Source: Candidatus Epulonipiscium fishelsonii (lineage in GTDB: Bacteria > Bacillota > Clostridia > Lachnospirales > Cellulosilyticaceae). Taken from it: a stretch of 64,000 nucleotides of DNA. The notes beneath the pieces are model-generated. The model did not search any database. It saw only the letters and a list, made by a program, of their open reading frames with translations, and was not told the DNA's origin. The stretch is from assembly GCA_001983455.1 (NCBI GenBank), contig LJDB01000010.1, positions 11,399 through 75,398 on the forward strand, written 5' to 3'. Shown in pieces: positions 1 through 9,889 of the stretch; within the stretch, counting starts at the first letter, position 1, and each line of letters starts with the position of its first letter. A program made the translations under genes and the position numbers.

Positions 1-1680
1 TTTACATCCCAATTGTTAGAACTAGGAATACCTATGGTAATTGCTCTAAATAAACATGACTTATCAGATAAAAAAGAGATAACTATTGATACACTTGGAC
101 TGTCTGAAAAATTGGAATGTAAAGTAGTAACAATTTCTGCTTTGAAATTTGAGGGGATAGAAACATTAATACAATTTGCAAAAAAAGCGAGTAGAGATAA
201 CCTAGTACCAAACCCAATAGATATGAATTTAATTATAACTGAAGGCGACAAACAAACATATAAAGAAAATGACATAAAAAGATTTAACCTTGCTAAACAA
301 ATAAGCAATACTTATGAAAAAAGAACAATTGATACTACTCTTAAAACAAGATCTGATAAAATAGACGAGATTGTTGCCAACAAAGTATGGGGTCTTCCTA
401 TTTTTGCAGTTATAATGTGGGCAGTATATTGGTTTTCTCAACGTGGATTAGGCGGATACCTTTCAGAATATTTAAATGAAGTATTTTTTGGTGATATAGT
501 TCCAACAACAGCTATTAATATTTTGGAAAGTATGAATGTATCAGGATTTTTACAAGCTTTAATAGTGGATGGTATAATTGGCGGTGTTGGTGCAGTACTT
601 GGATTTTTGCCTTTAATTATGGTTTTATTTTTCTGCCTATCTTTGTTGGAAGATTGTGGATATATGGCAAGAGTTGCTGTTATTATGAACAGATACTTTA
701 AAAAGATTGGTTTGTCAGGAAAGTCAATAATTCCTATGCTTGTTGGTTCTGGATGTGCAATTCCAGGGATTATGTCAACAAGAACTATTGAAAACACCAC
801 AGCTCGTAGAGCAACAGCAATATTAACTCCATTTGTTCCTTGTGGAGCAAAACTACCTATAATCGGATTATTTGCGATGGTATTTTTTCCAACATCAGCT
901 TGGGTAGCACCACTAACTTATTTTATTGCAATACTAGTAATTATAACGTCTGGACTAATAATTAAACATATGTTTAACATAGATAATTCAGAATCACTGT
1001 TTATAATTGAACTACCTGAATACAAATGGCCTAGTCTTAAAATTGCAACATTATCTATGTTGGATAAGGCAAAAGCTTTTATTATAAAGGCAGGAACAAT
1101 AATATTACTATGTAATGCGTCAGTGTGGTTGCTTCAAAGTTACGATTTTTCACTTCACATTGTTGAAAATGCAGATTTTAGTATGTTAGCATACTTAGGA
1201 GGAATTATTTCACCATTGTTTATTCCACTAGGTATGGTTGGATGGCAACTTGCAGCAGCATCAATTACTGGATTTATAGCAAAAGAAAATGTTGTTGGTA
1301 GTTTAGCTGTTATGTTTGCTATTAGTGAAGAAATGTTGCACTCTGGAATTAGTCCATTACTTATAGTGTTTACTCCAGTTACAGCTTTTGCATTTATGTG
1401 CTTTAACTTATTTACACCACCTTGTTTTGCAGCAATTGGTGCTATGAACTCTGAGCTTGCTAGTAGAAAAGTATTAGCTTTTGGCGTTGGATTTCAAGTA
1501 ATGGTTGGATATACAGTTGCTATGTTAATAAATCAAATTGGAACTTTTGTTACAACAGGAAATGTAGCAGATGGGTTTGTAGCTTCGATTATAATTTTAA
1601 TAGTTGAAGTAGCAGTATTTATTAAAGTTAGTCATAACTCTAGGAAATCAGCTAAACAAAGTATGTTAGCAACAGCATAA
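1..1680 (+). CDS. feoB: Ferrous iron transporter FeoB, C-terminal ~560 aa (5' end outside window)
   Basis: Frame 1 is open from base 1 (FTSQ precedes the TTG at 13). NKHD G4 box is followed by a long polytopic membrane domain typical of FeoB. Stop at 1678-1680. Confidence 0.9.
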   Translation, partial: FTSQLLELGIPMVIALNKHDLSDKKEITIDTLGLSEKLECKVVTISALKFEGIETLIQFAKKASRDNLVPNPIDMNLIITEGDKQTYKENDIKRFNLAKQISNTYEKRTIDTTLKTRSDKIDEIVANKVWGLPIFAVIMWAVYWFSQRGLGGYLSEYLNEVFFGDIVPTTAINILESMNVSGFLQALIVDGIIGGVGAVLGFLPLIMVLFFCLSLLEDCGYMARVAVIMNRYFKKIGLSGKSIIPMLVGSGCAIPGIMSTRTIENTTARRATAILTPFVPCGAKLPIIGLFAMVFFPTSAWVAPLTYFIAILVIITSGLIIKHMFNIDNSESLFIIELPEYKWPSLKIATLSMLDKAKAFIIKAGTIILLCNASVWLLQSYDFSLHIVENADFSMLAYLGGIISPLFIPLGMVGWQLAAASITGFIAKENVVGSLAVMFAISEEMLHSGISPLLIVFTPVTAFAFMCFNLFTPPCFAAIGAMNSELASRKVLAFGVGFQVMVGYTVAMLINQIGTFVTTGNVADGFVASIIILIVEVAVFIKVSHNSRKSAKQSMLATA

Positions 1681-1697
1681 GCAAGGGAGGACTAATT

Positions 1698-1835
1698 TTG
1701 GGTGATATTATTGTAGGAACAATACTTGTAATTGTGTTAGGATTAGCATTATACAAAGTAATAAAAGATAAGAAGGATGGAAAACCATGTAGCGGATGTG
1801 ATGGTTGTTCATGTTCAAAGAAAAAATGTGAATAA
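1698..1835 (+). CDS. FeoB-associated Cys-rich small membrane protein (45 aa)
   Basis: TTG start ~8 nt after GGGAGG. One hydrophobic helix, then a CSGCDGCSCSKKKCE tail. Lies immediately after feoB. Below the ORF-track length cutoff; translated by hand. Confidence 0.6.
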   Translation: MGDIIVGTILVIVLGLALYKVIKDKKDGKPCSGCDGCSCSKKKCE

Positions 1836-1984
1836 AATTTTAGATATCTTATAGGGGCGAAAAACATTCGTCCCTATAAATCTGTTATGAGCATTATAAA
1901 TGTTTATGGACGTGGGCATTCTGAATAATAGTAAAAAAAATATTTGGTTAAAAAGTAGAATTGGTAAATTTTAGTGAAAAGTAA

Positions 1985-2014
1985 TTGACACTAGTCTAGA
2001 TATTATGATAGGAT
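1985..2014 (+). promoter_or_regulatory. Candidate sigma-A promoter for the ptsG leader
   Basis: TTGACA at 1985-1990. Only a weak -10 candidate, TAGGAT at 2009-2014 (18-nt spacer). Confidence 0.3.
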
Positions 2015-2025
2015 TAAAATATATT

Positions 2026-2057
2026 AGAGTGTTACCACTAAAGTGGGCATTAACTAG
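2026..2057 (+). promoter_or_regulatory. RAT-like (ribonucleic antiterminator) element
   Basis: GUGUUACCACUAAAGUGGGCAUUAACUA resembles the RAT sites bound by BglG/SacY/GlcT proteins (UGUUAC..AAAG..GGCA..CUA). Its 3' half overlaps the 5' arm of the downstream terminator. Confidence 0.55.
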
Positions 2058-2096
2058 TAAAGGATTTTTCCCTTTATTTGTTAATGCCTATTTTTC
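2046..2096 (+). terminator. Leader terminator of the ptsG-type gene
   Basis: GGCATTAAC (2046-2054) pairs with GTTAATGCC (2080-2088), followed by TATTTTT. Located ~65 nt before the ATG. Confidence 0.65.
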
Positions 2097-2161
2097 ATTA
2101 CAAATAATAAGAAAAAGCCTGGGACGATTTTTTATAACAAATTTAATTAAGGAGGAGTTTT

Positions 2162-4240
2162 ATGAAAAATAATATCTTTGGAGTTTTACAAAGAGTAGGG
2201 CGTTCATTTATGCTACCTATTGCAATTTTGCCTGTAGCAGGATTATTTTTAGGAATTGGTGGTTCGTTTACTAATATGACTATGTTAGAAACATATAACC
2301 TAGTTGAATTGATGGGTCCAGGAACTGCAATAAATGCCATATTGAGCATACTTTCAAAATGTGGAGATATTGTGTTTGCTAATTTACCATTAATATTTGC
2401 AATGGGTGTTGCAATAGGTATGGCAAAGAAAGAAAAAGAAGTTGCAGCACTTTCTGCTGTAATTGCATTTTTGATTATGCACACAGCAATAGGTGCACTA
2501 ATTGATATTAACAATGCACAAGAATATTTATTATCAGGCTCAATTACATCTGTTGTAGGGATACAATCTTTGCAAATGGGAGTTTTTGGCGGTATTATAG
2601 TAGGATTAGGAGTAGCAGCTCTTCATAATAGGTTTTATAAAATAGAGTTACCTCAAGTACTTTCATTTTTTGGTGGAACAAGATTTGTACCTATTATTTC
2701 TGCTATTACATATTTAGTTGTTGGAATAGCAATGTTTTTTTTATGGCCAGTTGTACAAAATGGAATAAATGCAATTGGAGCTATAGTTACAAATAGTGGA
2801 TATGCAGGCACATTTGTATATGGATTAATGGAAAGATTACTAATTCCATTTGGATTACACCATGTGTTTTATCTTCCATTTTGGCAAACCGCAGTGGGTG
2901 GAACTGCTTTAATAGACGGAACATTAATTGAAGGGGCACAAAATATCTTTTTTGCAGAACTAGCTTCTCCAAACACAACAGCATTTTCTGTAACTGCAAC
3001 AAGATTTATGTCTGGAAAATTTCCACTAATGATTTTTGGTCTTCCTGGAGCTGCTCTTGCAATGTACCATTGTGCCAAAGCTTCTAAAAAAGAAATTGCA
3101 AAAGGTCTTTTGTTTTCAGCAGCACTAACAGCAATGATTACTGGTATTACAGAACCAATTGAATTTACTTTCTTATTTGTAGCTCCATTACTATATGGTA
3201 TTCATTGTATTGGTGCGGGTCTTGCTTATATGTTTATGCATATGCTTAATGTTGGAATAGGCATGACATTTTCAGGAGGAATTATCGATTTAACATTATT
3301 TGGTATAATGCAAGGGAATGACAAGACAAATTGGATAATGGTTGTTGTTGCAGGAATTGGATACTTTATAGTTTATTATGTTGTATTTAGATTTTTAATT
3401 ACAAAGTTAAACTTAAAAACTCCTGGACGTGAAGATGATAATCAAGAAACTAAACTTTATACTCGTGCAGATATGAATGAAAAGAAAGCTTCTGCTCAAA
3501 ATAGTAATGATACAAATTCTTTAATTATGCAAGGGCTTGGTGGAAAAAACAATATTGAAGATGTAGATTGTTGTGCAACTAGATTAAGAACTACTGTAAA
3601 AGATGCAACTCTTGTAAGTGAAAATTTATTAAAACAATCTGGAGCAGCAGGTGTAATTATTAGAGGCAATGGTGTTCAAGTAATCTATGGACCTCGTGTA
3701 AGTGTAATTAAATCTAATTTAGAAGATTTTCTTAGCTCAAAAGAAAGTGATAAACCATTTACTCCAGCTACACAAACAGAGTCATCAACAGGAAAAACAA
3801 TGTTTTATTCTCCAATACAAGGCAGAATGGCTTTACTTTCAGAAACACCTGACGAAACTTTTTCTAATGAAATGATAGGTAAAGGGGTAGTGTTTTTCCC
3901 TACAAAAGGAGAATTATATGCACCATGTGATGGAACAATAAATTTAGTATTTGATACAAAACATGCTATTGGTTTAACAAGCTCAACTGGAATAGAGTTA
4001 TTGTTACATGTAGGTATTGATACTGTAAATTTAAATGGTCAAGGGTTTGATGTTAAAGTAAAAGTTGATGATCAGGTAAAAGCTGGGGATTTATTACTAA
4101 CATTTGATTTAGACTATATTAAACAAAATGCTCCTAGTATTGCAACCCCTATGGTATTTACAAATTTAGAAAATGAAATACTAGACGTTAAATCACTAGG
4201 AAATGTAGATAAAATGGATAGTATATTAGAGATAAAATAA
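2162..4240 (+). CDS. ptsG: PTS glucose-family EIICBA permease
   Basis: 692 aa. Glc-family EIIC membrane domain, EIIB motif CCATRLR, EIIA-Glc domain with HVGIDTV. RBS AAGGAGG upstream. Confidence 0.85.
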   Translation: MKNNIFGVLQRVGRSFMLPIAILPVAGLFLGIGGSFTNMTMLETYNLVELMGPGTAINAILSILSKCGDIVFANLPLIFAMGVAIGMAKKEKEVAALSAVIAFLIMHTAIGALIDINNAQEYLLSGSITSVVGIQSLQMGVFGGIIVGLGVAALHNRFYKIELPQVLSFFGGTRFVPIISAITYLVVGIAMFFLWPVVQNGINAIGAIVTNSGYAGTFVYGLMERLLIPFGLHHVFYLPFWQTAVGGTALIDGTLIEGAQNIFFAELASPNTTAFSVTATRFMSGKFPLMIFGLPGAALAMYHCAKASKKEIAKGLLFSAALTAMITGITEPIEFTFLFVAPLLYGIHCIGAGLAYMFMHMLNVGIGMTFSGGIIDLTLFGIMQGNDKTNWIMVVVAGIGYFIVYYVVFRFLITKLNLKTPGREDDNQETKLYTRADMNEKKASAQNSNDTNSLIMQGLGGKNNIEDVDCCATRLRTTVKDATLVSENLLKQSGAAGVIIRGNGVQVIYGPRVSVIKSNLEDFLSSKESDKPFTPATQTESSTGKTMFYSPIQGRMALLSETPDETFSNEMIGKGVVFFPTKGELYAPCDGTINLVFDTKHAIGLTSSTGIELLLHVGIDTVNLNGQGFDVKVKVDDQVKAGDLLLTFDLDYIKQNAPSIATPMVFTNLENEILDVKSLGNVDKMDSILEIK

Positions 4241-4258
4241 AATTAACTTTTTTTAAAA

Positions 4259-4292
4259 ATGAATAAGTATGGCGAACTCTATACTTATTCAT
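4259..4292 (+). terminator. Hairpin between ptsG and the antiterminator gene (possible partial terminator)
   Basis: ATGAATAAGTAT (4259-4270) pairs perfectly with ATACTTATTCAT (4281-4292). Only a short T run follows. Confidence 0.4.
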
Positions 4293-4327
4293 TTCAACCT
4301 TAAATTGAGCAAAAGGAGGACGTTTAA

Positions 4328-5152
4328 ATGAATGTGTTAAAAATATTGAATAACAATGCTATTTTAGCAGTGGATAGCAACGCACTGGAATATATATTTT
4401 TAGGAAATGGTATAGGGTTTAAAAATAAAGCTAATACTCCTGTTGTTCAGGTAGATAATTTTAAAAAATATAAACTAGAAAATGATATTAAGTATAATGA
4501 AGTAGTAGAAAGAGTAGATGTTAAATATTTAGAAATTACTGCACAAATATTAGAACTAGTGAAACAAACATTTAAAGAAGTTGATACGACTGTTTTGCTT
4601 CCACTTGCTGACCATATAGCTTTTGCAGTAGAACGTATAAAAAAAGATATGGAAATTATTAATCCATTTACTCAAGACATTAAATTGTTGTTTCCACAAG
4701 AGTTTTTAATAGCAAAAAAGAGTGCTGAACTTATTGAACAGACTTTTAAAGTAGATATAAATGAAGATGAAATATCATATATTACTTTACATATAACTAG
4801 CGCTATATCTTCAAAGCATGTCAGCCTGTCTTTAAATATGGTTGAAGTAATCAAACAATTTATTTCCCAACTAGAGACAGAATATAATATGAATATTAAC
4901 TATAATTCTCTTTCTTATCATCGTCTTATAACTCATATTAAATATTTAGTCTCTCGAATGTATCATAAAGAAAAACTAAATTTAGACATGAACGACTATA
5001 CTAGAAGCAATTTTCCATTTTCATATGGTAAAGCTACAGAACTAGTGAACCTATTAGAAAAAACTTTAGGTGAACCTGTTATGGAACTAGAGGTTGGATA
5101 TTTAGCTATTAATATAGAAAAATTAATACAATCCACCTTAAATTGCTCGTGA
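4328..5152 (+). CDS. glcT: BglG/LicT/GlcT-family PRD transcriptional antiterminator
   Basis: 274 aa. N-terminal CAT-type motif MNVLKILNNNAILAV followed by two PRD-length regions. RBS AAGGAGG. Sits beside a RAT-controlled PTS gene. Confidence 0.8.
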   Translation: MNVLKILNNNAILAVDSNALEYIFLGNGIGFKNKANTPVVQVDNFKKYKLENDIKYNEVVERVDVKYLEITAQILELVKQTFKEVDTTVLLPLADHIAFAVERIKKDMEIINPFTQDIKLLFPQEFLIAKKSAELIEQTFKVDINEDEISYITLHITSAISSKHVSLSLNMVEVIKQFISQLETEYNMNINYNSLSYHRLITHIKYLVSRMYHKEKLNLDMNDYTRSNFPFSYGKATELVNLLEKTLGEPVMELEVGYLAINIEKLIQSTLNCS

Positions 5153-5156
5153 AAAA

Positions 5157-5183
5157 CCCCACCACCACGTAGTGGTGATGAGG
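5157..5183. terminator. Hairpin between convergent glcT and PTS EIIC genes
   Basis: CCCCACCACCAC / GTGGTGATGAGGG forms a ~12-bp GC-rich stem with two mismatches. Confidence 0.45.
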
Positions 5184-5208
5184 GTCTTATAAATAACGAA
5201 TAGTTGGT

Positions 5209-6330
5209 TTACACTATTGCTTTTCTTTTTACTTTTATTATAAACATTAATACAAATGCTACTAGTGCTCCAACTCCAAAATATGCAAACCATAATGCTG
5301 GATTAGTTGTAACAAGCCCTGTAATCAATGAGCCTCCAGCTCCAACATTAATGCCAATTTGTGACCAAAGAATTAATGCCCCTGCAATTCCACCGCCAAG
5401 CATTTGAGCAGGAATAATTGAAATTGGGTCACGCAATGCAAATGGAATAACTTGTTCTCCAATTCCACCAAGACCAGACAAAATGATAGCAGGAATTGCT
5501 GCGTCTTTTTCGTCTTGAGTAAAATATTTTGGTGCAACCATTGCAAGTATCCCAACGGTAATTCCAGGAATAATTTTTGCTGCTGTAAATGCGGCATAAT
5601 ACGTATAAAAACCGTCTGACCAAAGACCAACACAGAAAATATATGCAATTTTGTTAATTGGTCCACCAAAGTCAGTACAAGCCATCGCACCAATTATAAA
5701 TCCAAGTGGAATAGTCAGATTATTATCAGCCATCCAAGTTAATCCTGCAGTTATTCCATTGTTTAGTGTAGCAATGGATGGGCCAACAAACCAAATCATA
5801 GGAACAGCAACAATAAATCCAGCAATTAACGGTGTTACAAGTAATATATTTAAAGATTCGTATTTCTTTGTAAAGGGGAGTTTTTTTAGTGCCTGAACGG
5901 TAAATCCTGCTAAAATACCTGCAAATAAAGCACCCAAAAATCCTGAATCTTGAACAGCTATATGTCCAAAAGCCCCACCTTTAGCCAACATACCTCCAAT
6001 AAACCCTGGAGCAAGCCCAGCTTTGCCGGCAATTCCTTGTGATATAAAAGCTGCTAATACTGGTGATAATAACCCTAGTGCAAGAAATGCAACTTGTCGC
6101 ATTGTATATAAAAATTCTACTAGTCCATTTGCAGTAACTTCTTCAAGACTACCACGCAAATTATATCCTAGAATTTCCATTCCAATTATATCAACTATTG
6201 CAAGAAAAATACCACCAGTAATAATTACAGGAATAATGTGAGAGATGCCGTTCATTATTCCTTTATACGTTGTTCCCAATGCCTCTTGTATAGGTGTTTT
6301 TTCTTCTAATTGAATTTTTTTTCCCGCCAT
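5209..6330 (-). CDS. PTS fructose-family EIIC component
   Basis: 373 aa polytopic membrane protein with Fru-family EIIC-like glycine-rich motifs. RBS GAGGGGGG. Same operon as the EIIB and EIIA genes. Confidence 0.8.
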   Translation of the reverse strand: MAGKKIQLEEKTPIQEALGTTYKGIMNGISHIIPVIITGGIFLAIVDIIGMEILGYNLRGSLEEVTANGLVEFLYTMRQVAFLALGLLSPVLAAFISQGIAGKAGLAPGFIGGMLAKGGAFGHIAVQDSGFLGALFAGILAGFTVQALKKLPFTKKYESLNILLVTPLIAGFIVAVPMIWFVGPSIATLNNGITAGLTWMADNNLTIPLGFIIGAMACTDFGGPINKIAYIFCVGLWSDGFYTYYAAFTAAKIIPGITVGILAMVAPKYFTQDEKDAAIPAIILSGLGGIGEQVIPFALRDPISIIPAQMLGGGIAGALILWSQIGINVGAGGSLITGLVTTNPALWFAYFGVGALVAFVLMFIIKVKRKAIV

Positions 6331-6366
6331 ATTTATAAACCCCCCTCAAATATAAAATTGTACTAC

Positions 6367-6684
6367 TTAAGAATTAGCTTGTAATGCTTTTTCAAGTTTT
6401 TCAAATATTTTTTTAGGTTTTTTTATAGCATCTTTTACTTTGCATTCCAATACTACTGCATTATCAAATCGTTCAGGCTCTGTTACAGCGGTATCGACTG
6501 CAAAAATACATGCATCAGCTGAATCAATTTCTTCTTGAGTCAACCTATTGTCAATTCCATTGGCACCTTGTGTTTCAACTTTAATTTCATATCCAAGCTT
6601 TTTAGCTTCTTTTTCAAGAACCTCCGCTGCCATAAATGTGTGAGCTACCCCAACTGTACATGCTGTTACTGCTACAAATTTCAT
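6367..6684 (-). CDS. PTS fructose-family EIIB component
   Basis: Start moved to the internal ATG (MKFVAVTACTVGVAHTFMAAE) 8 nt after GGGGT. The active-site Cys context TAC is typical of EIIB-Fru. Confidence 0.8.
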   Translation of the reverse strand: MKFVAVTACTVGVAHTFMAAEVLEKEAKKLGYEIKVETQGANGIDNRLTQEEIDSADACIFAVDTAVTEPERFDNAVVLECKVKDAIKKPKKIFEKLEKALQANS

Positions 6685-6699
6685 AATATTTACCCCCAT

Positions 6700-7149
6700 T
6701 TAATTATTTTTTACTAGTGCTTCTACTTCTTGTGGTGTTTTTGCTAACAAAAGAGCTTCTGTGAATTCATCATGCATAAGTCGTCTTGCAATTTGGCTCA
6801 GAATAGATATATGATGGTTTTCTGTATCATTTTCAGGCACAGCTATTACAAATGCCATTTTTACTGGCTCATCATCCAAAGACTCCCATTCAATATCATT
6901 AGTGAATTTTACTATAATAAGTGCAGCACTTGTTACAGAGTTTACTTTTGCATGAGGGATTGCTAGGTTATGCCCAAATCCTGTAGAGTCTAAATTTTCA
7001 CGAGCCCAAAGTCCATTTTCAAAATCTTGGGCATTGGTAGTAATATTTTTTTCAAATGCAATTTTGGAAATTGCCCGAAAAGCTTCACCTTTAGTGGATG
7101 CTTCTACATTAAATATAATGTAATCAGGTTTCAATAACTCATTAATCAT
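6700..7149 (-). CDS. PTS EIIA component (Fru/Mtl type)
   Basis: Start moved to ATG at 7149 (MINELLKPDY) behind GAGGAG. Motif GFGHNLAIPHAK carries the phosphorylatable His. Confidence 0.8.
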   Translation of the reverse strand: MINELLKPDYIIFNVEASTKGEAFRAISKIAFEKNITTNAQDFENGLWARENLDSTGFGHNLAIPHAKVNSVTSAALIIVKFTNDIEWESLDDEPVKMAFVIAVPENDTENHHISILSQIARRLMHDEFTEALLLAKTPQEVEALVKNN

Positions 7150-7210
7150 ATTTATTCTCCTCACTTTTTTTATTTTAAAAGGAACGTAGGTATTCCTCTT
7201 AATTTTGTCA

Positions 7211-9880
7211 CTAAACAATATAAATTTTAATGGTTTTAATTTCACCAGATTTAATTTCACCTAGTGTTGTGCTTGCTTCTTTTAATGGGTTTTCACGTAA
7301 GTCCACCCATTCTAGCTTGGAATAATTAAAATTTAAAATTAATTCTCCAGCATCAATTGCAAAGTTTTCGTTGTTAAATATTCTTAAAATATAAGCATCA
7401 TCTGAATTAGATTTTTCTAGTGTTGAAAATTGAGCTTTTGAATTTCTTAGCTCTAACAAATTAAATTTAGTAGGTATTTCAGAAGTTAAGGAATTAACTT
7501 CAAAATATTTCATTGGAGTAAACACTCGGTTATATTCCTGATCTTCAAAATATACTTCCTTTGTAGCAAACTCAACATAGTCTCTATGAATAATGTTGCC
7601 ATCAACTTTGTTATTATAAAGTTTTATGCCATAAGAAAAGTGAATTTCTTTTCCAATCATTTGGCTAAGTGGACACTCCATTATGCATTCAGGAATTCCG
7701 CTTGCACGTCCTGGTCTTCTATTTAAATCAGGCAAACCAAAATGTCCAACTGCTCGATATAATGTTAATGCAATATCGGTAAAATTTTCACCTATAATTT
7801 CATATTCTTTTGTACTACTAGTAAATATCGTAGTGATATTATTTTCATCTGCTAAAGAAACATGGTTTAGCAATGGTTCAATTGGTAGTGGTTCTTCTAA
7901 CCATTTTTTTTCTTTCCAATATTTAAGCTCTTCTGGTTGTGTAGTTCTGCTTACATAGCCAAATTGCGTTCCTGCAGAAGAAGTTTGTGCTTCAATTTTA
8001 GTTTTTATTACAAGGCGTAGCCTATGATTATAGGCAGTGTTCAAAACTTTACCTTTTACTTCAATTATTTCACTATTACATTTTAAAGAAAGAGTTAATT
8101 CATATGGCAAAGTTTCATTTAACACTCCATCAGCTCTAGAGTCTAAATCTTTAGGAACTTTAATTTCACCTTGAATTGTCATTGATGACATTTCTTTGGT
8201 TTCATATGAAGATACAACTTTAGCGTCTTTAAACTTAGTGATGACAGTTAAATCCTTTGTGGGATAGTCATAATCAAATGTATCTCCTTGGTCACCAGAG
8301 TTTTCAAAGTAAATTGCATCTTCAATAAAGAGATCTGTTTGTTTATTTCTAATACTTAAACTACCCTCAAAAAGTTCAACTCTTACGGAGTCATTCTCAA
8401 TATAAGTATTGTTAGAATTTGCTATTGCTCTTAATGTTGGAAATATATCATTTTCAAGATATATTGTTTCATAAGAGATCCCTTCAAAGTCTGACATATT
8501 TAAAGCAATTGTACTCAAATAATAATCTCTGCCACTGTCTAAAAGTTCTCTGTGTTTTCGTCGCCAACCACCATATACTTTTTCTTGTGTAATAATAGAG
8601 TACTCTATCTCTTGGCCATTTCTAATTAATTTAAAGTTTTTATTTTTAGAGTAAACATTTAATTTTATATTAAGGTCACGTTTAAATGGCAACGTATTAA
8701 ATATGACTATAGGTTTGCAACCTGCAACTTTTGGAACAGAAACAGCAATTTTCCTAGTTAAGTAAGTTTTTAAACTTTCTGCCAATAAAAATGCCTTTTT
8801 GGCCCTAGCCAAAATTTGTTCATTAACGTCATCACTATTTGTAGCTTCACTATGAGTTTGACTTCTACTTAAAAGTTTCCAAGCCTCCAATACCATTCCA
8901 TGTTCATATGGTATTGCCAATTTATCTAGCATTGTCATAAGTGGTTGTACTTCGTATATTAGCATTCTTTCCGTTTTATCTTGTGTAATCTTTATATCAG
9001 GCCTAGCTGAAAAAATTGACTTATGTACTCTATGATATTGTGTTGTATATAACTCACCTTGATATTTTTGAAAATCAACATTTGATTCACGAAGCATCTT
9101 CATGTAGTTATCAAGAGTAGTCTCAATAAATTCAAAGTCTTCACTTTGTTCATTATATTGTTTAATCAAGTTTTTAAATTCAAACATTACAGGGCAGTTA
9201 TCTTTTCCTGCTGGAAATAAGAATTGTCCTTCAATTGCAGACTCAGCTTCACAGTCATGCATTAAACTTATAATTCCTTTTTTGTCTAGATTTAATCCAG
9301 CATTTTCAATTAATCGACCTTGATAAAATGCAAGCCCTGCAAAACTGTATCCACCTTGTAAAACATTTATCAAAATGCGACTTCCATCATTACTATCCCA
9401 CCAAAAATTGTTCTTTAGTTTGTGGACATCTCCCATTCCTCGTCTAAACACAAAATCATATATACCAAAACCATTCATAATCTTTGGATAATCTTGAACT
9501 TGACCAAATGGATCTGGTAAATATGCTGTTTTACAACTACCACCATATTCATCAGCTAAATCCATCCCCAATTGCAAATTTTTAATTATAGATTCTCCTG
9601 GAGCTATAAAAGCACTAAGTTGTTCATAAAAAGGTCCAATCAAGATTTTTCCTTCTTTTACATATTTAATAAATTTTTCTTTGGCCTCTGGATTGGTTTT
9701 AAAGTAGTCTTCCATCGAGTTCGATTTGCCATCCATATGATAAGTGTCAATCCATCCATTATCTAAAGCTTCAAATAGTTCTTGCATATGATAAATAAAT
9801 TGTACTTGAGAATGTTGTTCTGTAAAATACCATTCTGTGTCCCAGTGTGTATGATGGTAGGTGTAAGCTTTTTTCTTCAT
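7211..9880 (-). CDS. GH38 alpha-mannosidase / mannosylglycerate hydrolase-like enzyme
   Basis: 889 aa. N-terminal YHHTHWDTEWYF is the GH38 metal-site signature. Size and PTS linkage are as in MngB-type enzymes. Confidence 0.8.
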   Translation of the reverse strand: MKKKAYTYHHTHWDTEWYFTEQHSQVQFIYHMQELFEALDNGWIDTYHMDGKSNSMEDYFKTNPEAKEKFIKYVKEGKILIGPFYEQLSAFIAPGESIIKNLQLGMDLADEYGGSCKTAYLPDPFGQVQDYPKIMNGFGIYDFVFRRGMGDVHKLKNNFWWDSNDGSRILINVLQGGYSFAGLAFYQGRLIENAGLNLDKKGIISLMHDCEAESAIEGQFLFPAGKDNCPVMFEFKNLIKQYNEQSEDFEFIETTLDNYMKMLRESNVDFQKYQGELYTTQYHRVHKSIFSARPDIKITQDKTERMLIYEVQPLMTMLDKLAIPYEHGMVLEAWKLLSRSQTHSEATNSDDVNEQILARAKKAFLLAESLKTYLTRKIAVSVPKVAGCKPIVIFNTLPFKRDLNIKLNVYSKNKNFKLIRNGQEIEYSIITQEKVYGGWRRKHRELLDSGRDYYLSTIALNMSDFEGISYETIYLENDIFPTLRAIANSNNTYIENDSVRVELFEGSLSIRNKQTDLFIEDAIYFENSGDQGDTFDYDYPTKDLTVITKFKDAKVVSSYETKEMSSMTIQGEIKVPKDLDSRADGVLNETLPYELTLSLKCNSEIIEVKGKVLNTAYNHRLRLVIKTKIEAQTSSAGTQFGYVSRTTQPEELKYWKEKKWLEEPLPIEPLLNHVSLADENNITTIFTSSTKEYEIIGENFTDIALTLYRAVGHFGLPDLNRRPGRASGIPECIMECPLSQMIGKEIHFSYGIKLYNNKVDGNIIHRDYVEFATKEVYFEDQEYNRVFTPMKYFEVNSLTSEIPTKFNLLELRNSKAQFSTLEKSNSDDAYILRIFNNENFAIDAGELILNFNYSKLEWVDLRENPLKEASTTLGEIKSGEIKTIKIYIV

Positions 9881-9889
9881 AAGATCCCC

